Of a stretch of DNA of 64,000 nt, positions 10,950-21,690 are shown piece by piece. Source of the DNA: Blastocladiella emersonii ATCC 22665 (lineage: Eukaryota > Fungi > Blastocladiomycota); assembly GCA_025594325.1 (NCBI GenBank), contig JANHCV010000001.1, positions 868,001 to 932,000 on the forward strand. The letters are read 5' to 3'. A program made the position numbers and the translations under genes. Within the stretch, counting starts at the first letter, position 1; each line of letters starts with the position of its first letter. The notes under the pieces are model-generated. The model made no database searches, was not told where the DNA came from, and worked only from the letters and a program-made list of their open reading frames with translations.

Positions 10950-11279
10950 GGCTTTGTGTGGTGCTGTTGTGTCAAGGCAAGGAGGGAGGCCAGGGATCAC
11001 TCAACGAGCAGCGAGCGAGACGGCGCAGTCGCGCTTCGGTTTCGAGCATCAGGTGCGTTCACGTTGGCCGTTGCCGAGCGCTCCTTCAGCGTGGCCGTTC
11101 TCTCGAAACCGCGGGATCACGCACAGAGGGACATGATAGGGTTGAAAAATGTTCTTGCGGTGTGGTAAGGTAGGGGTGGGGTGGGGCGGTCAAAGCGAGA
11201 GGGACGGACAGCGGGGGAAGATCAAATACAAAACGCACGCGGCGGGCGCCGTCGTCGTTTTGGGCAGCAACGGCGAGAC

Positions 11280-11985
11280 TTAGGCCGACTCGGCCGTGTT
11301 GAGGTCCTTGTACAGGTCCCAGTTGACGCCCTGGTTGTGGTGGACAAAGTTGAACCACGGGAGCCACGCTACACACGCGGACGAGTTCAAGTCAGCGCGG
11401 GGTCCACGGGTGCTCGTTACAGCGACGTAGACGTACAGAACTTGAGGGCCGAGTAGCGCGAGTGGCGGGCCGAGACGCTCTGGAGGTAGCCCTCGAGGTC
11501 CGACTCGCCGAGGTGGTGCGGCTTGCCCTCGGCGCGCGCGGCCGCGTACTCGGCGCGGTCCTTTTCGACCTCGCGGGCGTTCTCCTCGAGGCCCCAGAAG
11601 CGGACTAGAGGTATCGGAGTGGCGGGGTCAGCGCGCGAGTCGTTGAGTCGCCGGGTCCTGCTCGACTTGGCGGCGGGTTCTCCTCCCACCGACCAAGAAA
11701 CCCGCCGCCAAGCCAGTGACCCAGTCCCACTCAAAGCGTACAAGAACTGCGCTGGTAGGCGAGCAGGAAGCCGCCAATGACGCCGATAGCGCCGGCGCCG
11801 CGGAGCCCGATGGCGAGGTTCCCGGCGGGCTGCTTGATGTCGACGGCGTAGTAGGCGGCGGGGGCGGCCGCGGCGGCGCCGGCCCACAGCGCCAGGTCCG
11901 ACGGGCGCATGAACCGCACCACGCGCGAGGCGTGCGGGTCCGCGTCGATGCGCGGGTAGTCGGCCTGGATGTCCCGGAACGGCAT
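11280..11985 (-). CDS. NUXM: Mitochondrial complex I ~21 kDa accessory subunit NUXM (3 exons)
   Basis: YPRIDADPHASRVVRFMRPSD, GGFLLAYQRSS, RFWGLEENAREV, SARHSRYSAL, PWFNFVHH match the fungal NUXM (Neurospora 20.9 kDa) subunit. Two GT-AG introns. Confidence 0.9.
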
Positions 11986-12255
11986 GGCGGGGTCGATGCG
12001 TGGGATTACGTTGCGTTGCGTCAAGTGACGAGTGCGATCGCAGCGGCGCGGGTGGAGGGGGTGAGGAGAAGGGCGAGAGGGTCGGCGGCGGCGAGGCCGA
12101 GGCGCAGGGAGGAAGGAAAAAAGCTGTCACTCAACATCGATCGAGCACACGTGCCAAGGGCTGACTGTCTCCGAACGCGTCTCGCGCCTCAACCTGGACG
12201 CGTTTTCTCCCCTCGCCTGAATGCACGGCACGTCGTGAAGTAAAGCTTTCTGAAT

Positions 12256-13420
12256 CTATTTGTGGCTCTTAGCTCCATCCCCGTCAGGCCGCAACAAGTG
12301 CGTGCTCCTGCTCGCCGGCGCGAGCTTGGCGGTACTCCCGTCGGCACGGTTCATAGACGGCGCGCGGTGCAGCAACGTCCCGAGCGCGGCCGTCGACTCC
12401 GTGAGATGCGACCCGTGCCCAATTCCGCTCGCCATGCTGGGGGCCTTGACCCGCAGCATCTGGTTGAGCGACACGAGGAAGATGCAGAACAGGCGCAGGC
12501 GGGCCGCCTCCGACACGTAGACGAAGGCCCACTGCGGGTCGAGGTCGGGCGCGGCGCGCACGAGGATGTTGGCGGCGATCACGAGCGTGCACTCGATGCC
12601 CAGCGTCCAGCTCACGCTCGTCAGCAGCTCGTTGAACCCGCGCCGCATCGTGCCGCCCGCGGACGTCCCGCCCATGCGACGCAGCAGCGCGATGAAGCTG
12701 AGCGAGATGAGCAGGTTGAGGATGCTGTCGTAGATGCTCCACGCTATGACGGTCGGGAGTGAGTTGGAACTTGGGTGGAGCGGGAGGAAGCGAGGCGAGC
12801 GTACCGTTGAAGGTTTCGTCCATGGCCATGGACAGCGACTTGTCGCCCGTGTTCGCCGCGATCACGTAGCTGACCACGTACGTGACGTTGTTGACGACGC
12901 AAAGCAGCACGCTCGCGCCCGCCAGCGCGACGAGCACCTTGGTCAGCACCGGCCGCCGCGTCGCACCGATCTTATAGAAGCTACACACCGCCGTACCCGA
13001 TGAGCCCTCCGCACCTCCACCCTGCCCGCCCACAGTGCGTACCTCGAGATATTCAGCAGCGTGAACCCGGTCCCGTTACACATGGCGCAGAAGATGGACA
13101 GGATCTTGAGCGCGAGCCGCGCGCCGGGCGCCACGCTCGACGACGACGGTCCCGTGTCGTCCTCGAACGTCTGCGACCAGTTTCCGAGGAAGAAATCGAT
13201 GACGTGCGTGACCGCGATGAACGCCAGCACCGCGTAGAACTGCGACCGCGCCTTGAACCACAGCTCCATGGCCGTCCGGAACGTCGACACGTTCAGGATC
13301 AGGACCAGGCCCATGGCGAAGCTCGGGAGCGACCACAGGAATGTTGGCTAGCGGGCATGCGCGTGTGAGTCTCCGCGTGGGGGTTGGCCGCCGAGGGAGG
13401 GTTACATTGGTCAGGCCCAT
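12256..13420 (-). CDS. Orphan seven-transmembrane (GPCR-like) protein (4 exons)
   Basis: The spliced model gives seven hydrophobic segments (FLWSLPSFAMGLVLILNV; FYAVLAFIAVTHVIDFFL; ILSIFCAMCNGTGFTLL; VLVALAGASVLLCVVNNV; IAWSIYDSILNLLISLSFIALL; VSWTLGIECTLVIAANIL; AFVYVSEAARLRLFCIFLV) and a hydrophilic tail. The start codon is uncertain. Confidence 0.65.
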
Positions 13421-13661
13421 GGTGATGTTGCCAGTGGTGTCATTCAGTTACGTTCGAGTCCAGCCCCGCGATGCGGGAGCGCGGACCTCGCGAGCCACAA
13501 TCGGTTCCGCGACCCAGGCTCAGATCCGAAGCTGCTGGTCGCGGGAGACGCGTCGCGTCGCCCGACGCGCGCGAAACATGTCTCCCTCCCTCCTTCGCCC
13601 TCCTCTGCGATCCCCGTGAGAGAAAACTACGATGTGTACTTCACCATCACCGGCCTCGGCC

Positions 13662-15933
13662 TCAATACCCGGCGCCGACCTCGGCAGGCGCGATGCTCGG
13701 GGCCGACATGCACGCGAGGCGGACGCGCTGGAAGAGCTGCGCGTGCTGGTCGGGCGACTGGCCGATGGCGTGGAACTGCGCGCGGACCGTCGGGTACGTC
13801 TCGAACACGTACACGAGGTGCAGGATCCGGTGCAGCTCCTTGTGCGTGAACACGGGCGTCGGGTCTACACCGACGAGCGAGCAGATGTCAGTCCCGCCCG
13901 AACTCGAGTGGTACAGCGATACGCACCTTCGAGGAACAGGAGGGCGACGTGCAAGAGGTTCGGGAGGAGGTAGATGGGGAGTTGCGGTGAATCGAACAGC
14001 TGGGCGAGGCACCGCGGCACCGCGGCTGACCGGGCGGCGCCCGCGGCGCGCGCGTCGGCGTCGGCGTCGAGGAACTGGAGGTACAGGCGCACGAGGTCGA
14101 GCAGCGACCCCTTGGCGTCGAGTGCCTGGAACTGCGCGAGGTGGTGCCGGTTCCCGTCGCGGGCAAACTGCAGGATGCTGGCGCCGACGACGCGGTCGAG
14201 CGCATCGGCGTCGCCGACCTGCAGGTACTGCCGCGCGGCAGCCGCGGGACGGCCCTCGGCCTCGGCGCGCGCCGCGGCTGCGAGCCTCAGCGGCCGCGCG
14301 GTCGCCGGGTCCATGGTCGCCCACAGGGCGCGCTGGCGGCGCGGGTTGTTCGGGTAGTCGCGTCGCGCGAGCGTGGCGCGGTGCAGGGCGGCGACGTGGT
14401 CGGGCGTTGGCGCACAGCCCCAGTACAGCTGGGCGCACTGCCAGTGGACGCCGCCGCGCGACGCGAGCACGATCCAGCCGTGGAACAGCGCGCAGTGGGC
14501 GGCGGTGCGTTCGGGGAGCACGTCCTTGGGTCCGGCCTGGTCGATGAGGGCGGCGAGGTGGGCGCCGAGCCACGGGTCGACGTCGAGCGCCGTGATCAGG
14601 GCGTGCGCGAGCGACCCGCGCACCAGGTGGAAGCAGATCTCGTCGGTCGAGTTGTCCTCGTCGTACTGGATGCCCTCGAAGCGGGAGTCGAGGTCCATGA
14701 GCTCGTTCCACAGCGCCGCGCGCGAGTTGATGGGACCGACGCGCAGGACCAAAGTCGCGGCGATGGCGGTCCGCCACGAGTCGGCGTGCGCCGTGATGGC
14801 GGCCACGTCGCCCGCGAGCAGGCGGTACAGGGTACGCAGCGACTCGTTGTCGCGCACGGCGCGCGCCCGGCTGGTGCACTGGGTGCGGCGCCATGCCGCG
14901 TCGGAGGGCGGCGAGTGCGCTTGTAGGGCGAGACCGCGGGTGAATTTCTAGACACGGTGGCTGTGAGTTGACGCTGGCGCGACGCGGTAGTGACTGGACG
15001 CGCACCAGGAGGGGCTCGACGTGGTCAAGGTACAGGCCCTGTTCGCGATGCCGCTCGAGCAGGGCAATGGCCTCGGGGAGCATCACGTTGAGGTACATGC
15101 TGTCGGATCGGATTGCGGGAAGGTGATGTTAGCATCGCGGTCGCGTCGTTCGCGTGGAATAGCGGCCGTACGTCTTGAGCGTTCCCCACAGGTCGGCCGC
15201 TTCGAGCGTGCCCGATGGCACGGTGACGGGGTCTGGATGTGATGCACAGTGTCAGTGACGCGTCGCGAGTTTGGCGAGTGATCGGCGTACCGGCGCCGGC
15301 GAGGAGCACGGCGGCGAGGATCTGGTCGAGGTTGCGCTCGTCGGGGCTGAGGAAGAGGACGCCGGCGAGGTCCCACACGTCGCTCATGAGGTAGGCGAGG
15401 CCCGTCTCCTGTACCACGGGGGAGCGGCACGCGTCAGTCGGATGCCGCGGGTCGGCGAACAACGAGCCAGCACGCACCAGCGACACGTCGGGATCAATCT
15501 CCTCGTTGGGATCTTCGGGCGACAGTCCGTTGAGGTACTCTGCGTGGCGGCGGATGAAGGTGCGCACGTTCTCAAAGAACTCGAAGATGGTCGAGTTGCC
15601 GCCCGTGAGCATGGCGAAGGCGGCGCCCGTCTTGTGGAGGAACTGGATCGGGTTGGCGGGATCAGCTGTCTCGTCCCCTCGCTCGGTGCTCGCGGTAACG
15701 GTAGCGCGTACCGAGAAGCGCAGCGGCGTGTACTGCAGCTCGGGGGCGAGCGGGGTGAAGAGGGACTCGAGCGAGACGCCGGACCGGTTGAGCGAGCTCG
15801 GGCGCAGGCGGTCGAAGGCGGCGCAGAACTGCGAAAAGTGCGGGTGCACGTAGCGGCCGGGCGCCACGATGTCGAGCGCCTCGGCCAGCTGCACCTCGGC
15901 GGCCGACGCGCCGGTGCCGGTCGAGAGGCTCAT
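13662..15933 (-). CDS. NUP85: Nucleoporin Nup85 (multi-exon)
   Basis: LMSDVWDLAGVLFL, DLWGTLK.MYLNVMLPEAIALLERH, DSWRTAIAATLVL, VDPWLGAHLAALI, HWQCAQLYW resemble Nup85 blocks. All-helical, several GT-AG introns. Confidence 0.75.
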
Positions 15934-16318
15934 GTCTCGGTCGCAGCAGCGTGTTCGGTAACGTTGCAGAGCGTGTGGAGGGTCCGCTCGAGCGGCGTGG
16001 AGGAGCAGACGCGGCGGGCGCAGCGGCGGGCGGCGATCGCGACGCGAGGAAAAAGAGCAAGACAAAATCTTCGCAAGCGGGTGCAGCGCACGTGACGGGT
16101 GATCTAATGCGCACGTGCAGGAAAACGCGGTGCCGCCGATCGTTGGCCCGCGCGTTTGCCCTCGGGACGGTGGCGGCGCCCCGGGTGCCCTCCCCCGCAC
16201 TCCCGCACAGTTGCCCTGACGCCCATAGCGACACCAACCCTCGCTCTCTCCCTCAACGGCCTGGCCGCCCATGCATCTCTGAGAACGCAACGCCACCCAA
16301 CCACTCCATCCATCGACC

Positions 16319-17925
16319 ATGTCCGCCGCGAGCAACCCGAGCACGCCCGGCTCCGAGCTCGCCGGGCCTATCCCGTTCCAGTTCCGCCTCAAGCAGGACG
16401 AGATCGACGACCTGCGCCGCCGCCTGCGCGCCACCCGCTGGCCCGACCAGCTCGACGGCGCCGAATGGGAGTACGGTACGGGATCCCATGCGTGTGCACC
16501 CGCTACGCGGCCATCGTCCCTGACCCCACCGCCGGGCACGGTAGGCGCCAACCTCGAGAAGACCAAGGAGCTCGCCGACTACTGGGCCAACCAGTACGAC
16601 TTCCAGAAGCACTTTGACCACATCAACTCGTACGTCCGCTCCCTGCCTCTCCCCCTCGCGCCACGCCGCCTCTCAAGTGTCGGACCGCTGATCCCGTCCC
16701 TCGCCCTCGCCGTCCAGGTTCCCACACTACGTCACGACCGCCGTCGGCACCCAGATCCACTTCATCCACGTCCCGTCGGAGCGGCCTGACGCCCTTCCGC
16801 TGCTGCTGATCCACGGGTGGCCGGGCTCCTTCACCGAGTTCCTGGACATCATCCCGCTGCTCACCAACCCGCCGACGGGCGAGCAGGCGTTCCACGTCGT
16901 GGTCCCGTCGCTGCCCGGCTACGGCTTCTCGCCCGCGCCCGCGCAAAAGGGGTTCGGCACCAAGCTCATGGCCCGCGTCTTCAACCAGCTCATGATCAAG
17001 CTCGGCTACATCAAGTACTTTGCCCAGGGCGGCGACTGGGGGTCCGTGATCGCCCGCGAGCTCGCCATCCACCACAACCTCAACTGCGTCGGCATCCACA
17101 TCAACATGGTCGCCGTCAAGCCGCCCATGACGCTCGGCTGGCTGCCGTCCATGGCCCTCACCTACGCCGGCCGCGGACAGTACGTCTACTCCAAGGAGGA
17201 GACACAGTGGCTCAAGGAGACCCAGGAGATGATCAGCAAGCACACGGGTATGCTTTCGCGTCCGTCACCTCCGCGACCTCGCGCTGACCCTCGCTCGCAT
17301 GGGACTGTAGCGTACATGCACATGCAGGCCGAGTCGCCGCAGACCCCCGCCTACGCGCTCAACGACTCACCCGTCGGCCTGCTCGCCTGGATCTACGAAA
17401 AGTTCATGATCTGGACCCACCACCAGGGCGACATCAAGCTCGCCGTCACCTACGACCAGCTGCTCACCAACATCTCGCTCTACTGGTTCACCCAGACCAT
17501 TGCCAGCTCCATGCGCCTCTACAAGGAGACGCTCAAGCTCGACAGCAACGGGTCGCCCGTCTCGGAGATCATGTCGAGTACGCCGTGCCTCGCTCGTCGT
17601 CGCGCAGCCGATCCTCCCACTGACTGCTACCGCCCGTCATCTAGAGTCCATCTCGATCCCCGTCGGGTGCGCCATCTTCCCCAAGGAGATTTACAAGGTG
17701 CCCAAATCGTGGGCCAAGCACTACGTACGCCGCCGACTCGGCTCACCTCCCTTGCCTGATCGCGTGCTGACCCTCGACCGTGACAACGCGTAGATGAACG
17801 TGCAGCACTGGACCGTGCTCAACCGCGGCGGCCACTTTGCGGCCCTCGAGGAGCCCGCCTTGCTCGCCGAGGACATTCGCGCGTGCTTTGGCGACTGGGT
17901 CAAGCGGCACGTCGTCCAGCTCTAG
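16319..17925 (+). CDS. Microsomal-type epoxide hydrolase (EHN + alpha/beta hydrolase, multi-exon)
   Basis: DLRRRLRATRWPD, IHFIHV, LLIHGWPGSFTEF, VVPSLPGYGFS, nucleophile QGGDWG, LNDSPVGLLAWIYEKF, GGHFAALEEP. Confidence 0.93.
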
Positions 17926-18215
17926 GCCACTCGCCTCGTCCTGTAGTAGTTAGTCTGTACCATTACACCTTGTCTCCACCTCGCCGCGGCTCTGAGAGGA
18001 TCCCGCGCTGCGCCACCACGGGGCCGAGCCGACTCGAAACGCGTTGCTTACGCGATCGGAATCGGCCGGCAGGACATGGGGCCCGTCGCCCTCGTGCGTC
18101 TTCCCATCCAATCGGCGACTGGCCAGGGGCTCACAAAGAGCGTGCCCGTGAGTGCTGACGTGGTCGCACGTTCGTTCGTTCCGACGGGTCCGATCGCATG
18201 CACCGCGCCCACGGG

Positions 18216-18222
18216 TATAAAA
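18216..18222 (+). promoter_or_regulatory. TATA box of the ADH gene
   Basis: TATAAAA ~95 bp upstream of ATG 18315. Confidence 0.6.
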
Positions 18223-18314
18223 GCAGCGCGTCGCCCCCTGGCCACCGCCCCTCTCTCCTTCCTTCCGATCGGCAACCTCCTCTCGCTCCTTGCAACGTAT
18301 CACTTCCACCAACA

Positions 18315-19494
18315 ATGTCGCCGCCCAAGACCGCCTCGCCCATCAAGTCGCCCGCCAAGGCCTCGCCCGTCACGGTGACGGCGGGCCCGCGCAAGATCAC
18401 CGGCTACGCGGCCAAGTCGCGCGGCGCGGCGCTCGAGAAGTGGACGTACGAGGCGCCGGCGCTCGGGCCCAACGACGTCGACATTGTCGTCGAGTGCTGC
18501 GGCGTGTGCCACTCGGACATCCACACGCTCGACGAGGGGTGGGGCGCCACCGAGTTCCCCGTGATTGTCGGCCACGAGGTTGTCGGTACGGCGATCGCGC
18601 TTTAGGGGAGTGGGAGAGCTCTGCGGCGGCTAACGCGATTTGTTCCCTGCAGGCAAGGTCGCGGCCATCGGGTCGAACGTCACGCACCTCAAGATCGGCG
18701 ACCGCGTGGGCGTCGGGGCGCAGTGCGGGTCGTGCAGCCGGTGCAGCCCGTGCCTGCACGGCAAGGACAACGTGTGCGCGAACGGCGTCTTCACGTACAA
18801 CAGCACGCACCCGAGCGGCCGCGTCGCGTACGGCGGGTACGCCGAGGGCATCCGCGTCCCGTCCGAGTTCGCGTTCGTCCTGCCCGCGGCCCTCGACAGC
18901 GCCGTCGCCGCGCCGCTCCTGTGCGCCGGCGTGACCGTCTACGCGCCGCTGAAGCGCCACATGTTCCCCGGCGCGCGCGTCGGTGTCGTCGGGATCGGCG
19001 GTCTGGGCCATCTCGCGGTGCAGTTCGCCAAGGCGCTCGGCGCGTCCGAGGTGGTCGCCCTGTCGACGTCGACGCGCAAGCAGAAGGACGCGGCGGCGCT
19101 CGGCGCGTCGCGGTTCGTGGTGCTCGACTCACCCGCCGCGTTCAAGGCCAACGCCGAGTCGCTCGACGTGATCCTGTGCACGGCGTGCTCGCACGAGATG
19201 CCGTGGGACTCGTACATCTCGCTCGTCGCCGCCGAGGGCAAGTTCATCGTCGTCGGCATCCCCGAGCAGCCCATCTCGGTCGATCTGTCCAGTCTCATCT
19301 TCCGGCAGCGCGCCCTGATCGGGTCCATCATTGGCAGTCGCGCTGAGGTCGAGGAGATGCTCTCGTTTGCCTCCAAGCACGGTGTCAAGCCCTGGATCGA
19401 GAAGATCCCCATGAAGGACGTCAACACGGCCATTGCCCGCCTGCGCAAGAACGACGTGACCTACCGCTTCGTCCTCGAGAACCCACGCCTCTAA
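18315..19494 (+). CDS. Zn-dependent NADP alcohol dehydrogenase (cinnamyl-alcohol dehydrogenase / Adh6-7 type), one intron
   Basis: CGVCHSD, GHEVVG, CGSCSRCSPC...C structural Zn site, APLLCAGVTVYAPL, GIGGLGH, C-terminal YRFVL. Confidence 0.95.
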
Positions 19495-19738
19495 GCCCGT
19501 CGCCCGCCCGTGTCGTGTCGCTGTCCTCGCTCGTGTCCGTGGTGGTGTGTGATTGGAGTGTCCCTCGCTTGTTGTCGTTGATGATCCTCGCTTAATTTAC
19601 CCTGCATGTTGCTTACCAAACCCGCCCGTGTCCGAATCTCGCTTCTCAGTGGCCATGACGGTGGCCACGGCGTCTCTGAGCTGCGCCTTGGTTCGAGTCA
19701 AGGTTGTGCAAGTGCATTCGGAATGCCATCGCCCACGC

Positions 19739-20579
19739 TCACTGCCCGCCGTCGTCGGCGCGGAACACGATCTGGCCGTCGAGGCGCTTGATCTGCGGGA
19801 AGGTCTTGGAGCACAGGTCGCGCCAGTTGCCCTCGCCCGTGTGCTTTTCCTCGAGCGGGTTGCCCGCGAGCAGCAGGTCCTCGAGCGCCGGGAGGTCTTT
19901 CTACACTCGCGACGATGATGGGGGTCAGCGCGATGGACGAGTGAGCAGAGCGGGTGTCGCGCGTACCAAGCAGTTGACGCCCTCCCACGCCTTGATCTTG
20001 TTGTTGCTGGCGTACACGACCTTGAGCTTCTTGCACACTTCGATGCCGTTGAGGCGCTCGATTTGGTTGTAGCTGATCCACAGCTCCTCGAGCGTGTCGG
20101 CCACGGCGTCGAGGCCCTCGATCTTCTTGATGTAGTTGCGCCCGAGCGAGAGCTTGCGGAGGCACGCTACACACGTACGTCCGGCGATCGTCAGGGGTCG
20201 CGATAACGACGAGGGAGAGCGGTGTGAGCGTACACAAGCCCTGCAGGTTGCTGATCTTCTCGATCATGTTGGTCGACATGCTGAGCTGCTCGCACTTGGT
20301 CAGCGTCGACAGCGACGCGTCCATCTTGGCGATGAACGGCTGGAACATGAGGAGCTTGACCACCTTCTCCTCGACCACCGGCCGCCCGTTCTTCTCCTCC
20401 TACACGTTTCCATGCCGGTGAGCAAGCGTGTCCCCCAAAAGTTGCCGGTGGGCCTCGCTCGTACCCACGCCTTGAGCGCCTCCTTGGTCGTCAATCCCTT
20501 GGACTAGACGACATCGGGCCGCGCGCGTCAGTCCGTCGCCGTTGGCCGGAGTGCATGCATGAGAGTTTCATCCGACCAT
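19739..20579 (-). CDS. DNAL1: Axonemal outer-arm dynein light chain 1 (LC1), multi-exon LRR protein
   Basis: M|[82 protein letters not shown] match Chlamydomonas LC1. Exon 1 is the ATG alone. Implies a flagellated stage. Confidence 0.93.
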
Positions 20580-20852
20580 TGCGATTAGCTAGCGTTTGCT
20601 TTTGGTGGCGAGAGAGGATCGGCGCGCCACTCGAACAAGCGGAGCGCGACGCGTCCGAACCTGCAAGACGCGTGCTCATGTGACTCGCACGCGACCCCGG
20701 ACCCCTGCGCGACGGGTCACGCGGCATCACCTGCGCGTGTCGCCCAAACTTTTTCTTCTCTCGACTTCCCTCGACTCTCGACTTGTCCGCGATCGCGCTG
20801 CTTCTCCTCTCCTGCAAGCAAACCAAGCAACACAACGCAACGCATCGACACC

Positions 20853-21559
20853 ATGGTCCGGCTGCTCACCCACAACATGCTGCAGTGCCACGTGCGCGAC
20901 TGCACCAACGGGTTCCCGCTGCGGTTCCAGAACGCCGAGGTCGAGCACGCCGAGCAGGAGATGAACACCGAGTTCCTCGTCAACATGCTGCCGCGCATCG
21001 ACTGGGCCGCGCTCCGCGCCACGGCGCACGAGGTACTTTTCCCTTTGCGCGGAACTCACCTCTCGCTTCGCGGCGTGCCCCCCTGCCGTTGGCGTTGATG
21101 ATGCCTTTATTATTTGCACGTCAGTCATACCCCCGCGGCCCCGCCCGCGCCTCTGCTGGACGCCCGCGTGCCACCGTCCCGGCGGGACACCGGCGCGCAC
21201 CTAGTCCGTGGAGGCGCGGGCGGGCGATTCCGCGGGGACTGCTGCTGAAGAACTCGCATACCTGAGCCAACGAACGAGCACGACCGCGAGGCGAGCGAGC
21301 GCGATGGGCGCGATCCTGACCGTCCTTGACCTGATCGCTGACCCTCGTCCACCGCTCCCCCCTCTAGCTCGGCATCGCCCAGCTCCCCGAGACCATGCCC
21401 GAGGACGCGGCCGAGAGCACGGAGCTGCTGCAGGTGCTGCACCGCGTGCTCATGGAGACGTCGGTCAAGGCCGGCGAGATGGTGTGCCCGTCGTGCGAGC
21501 ACGTCTACCCGATCCGCAACGGTATCCCCAACATGCTCCTCAACGAGGACGAGGTTTGA
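20853..21559 (+). CDS. TRM112: Trm112 methyltransferase activator (2 exons, 335-nt intron 21033-21367)
   Basis: MVRLLTHNMLQC...FPL, FLVNMLPRIDW.AL, LHRVLME..V..GEMVCPSCEHVYPIRNGIPNMLLNEDEV. Confidence 0.95.
21087..21272 (+). ncRNA. Intronic box C/D snoRNA, probable snR72-like guide for LSU rRNA Am876-equivalent, with a large internal hairpin
   Basis: 7-bp terminal stem CGTTGGC/GCCAACG. Box C TGATGA 21096-21101, box D CTGA 21262-21265, putative D' CATA 21126-21129, putative C' TGCTGA 21243-21248. ATTTGCACGTCAG is complementary to the conserved LSU rRNA CUGACGUGCAAAU. Confidence 0.8.
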
Positions 21560-21690
21560 GTCGGAGTTGTCGATCTAGAGTTACCTGTACATAGTAATTA
21601 TTATTCCATTCTGCGTGTCCGCCTCGCTCGTCTCGTCGCGTTCAAATATGCCAGTGTATCATCATCGTCTCGTCTCATCCGTCCATCAGT

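Noticed and set aside
9185-11173. Very long antisense or alternative-frame ORFs (also 3511-4491, 22668-24284, 36239-40825, 49648-51489, 61822-63876)
   Set aside because: Shadow ORFs from extreme GC3 codon bias. They overlap well-supported genes and are Arg/Ala/Gly-rich with no motifs.
19650-19705. tRNA-like hairpins (GTGGCCA...TGGCCAC; CCTTG-GTTCGAGT-CAAGG)
   Set aside because: The T-loop has 8 nt, and there is no acceptor stem or anticodon arm in register. It lies in convergent 3' UTRs.
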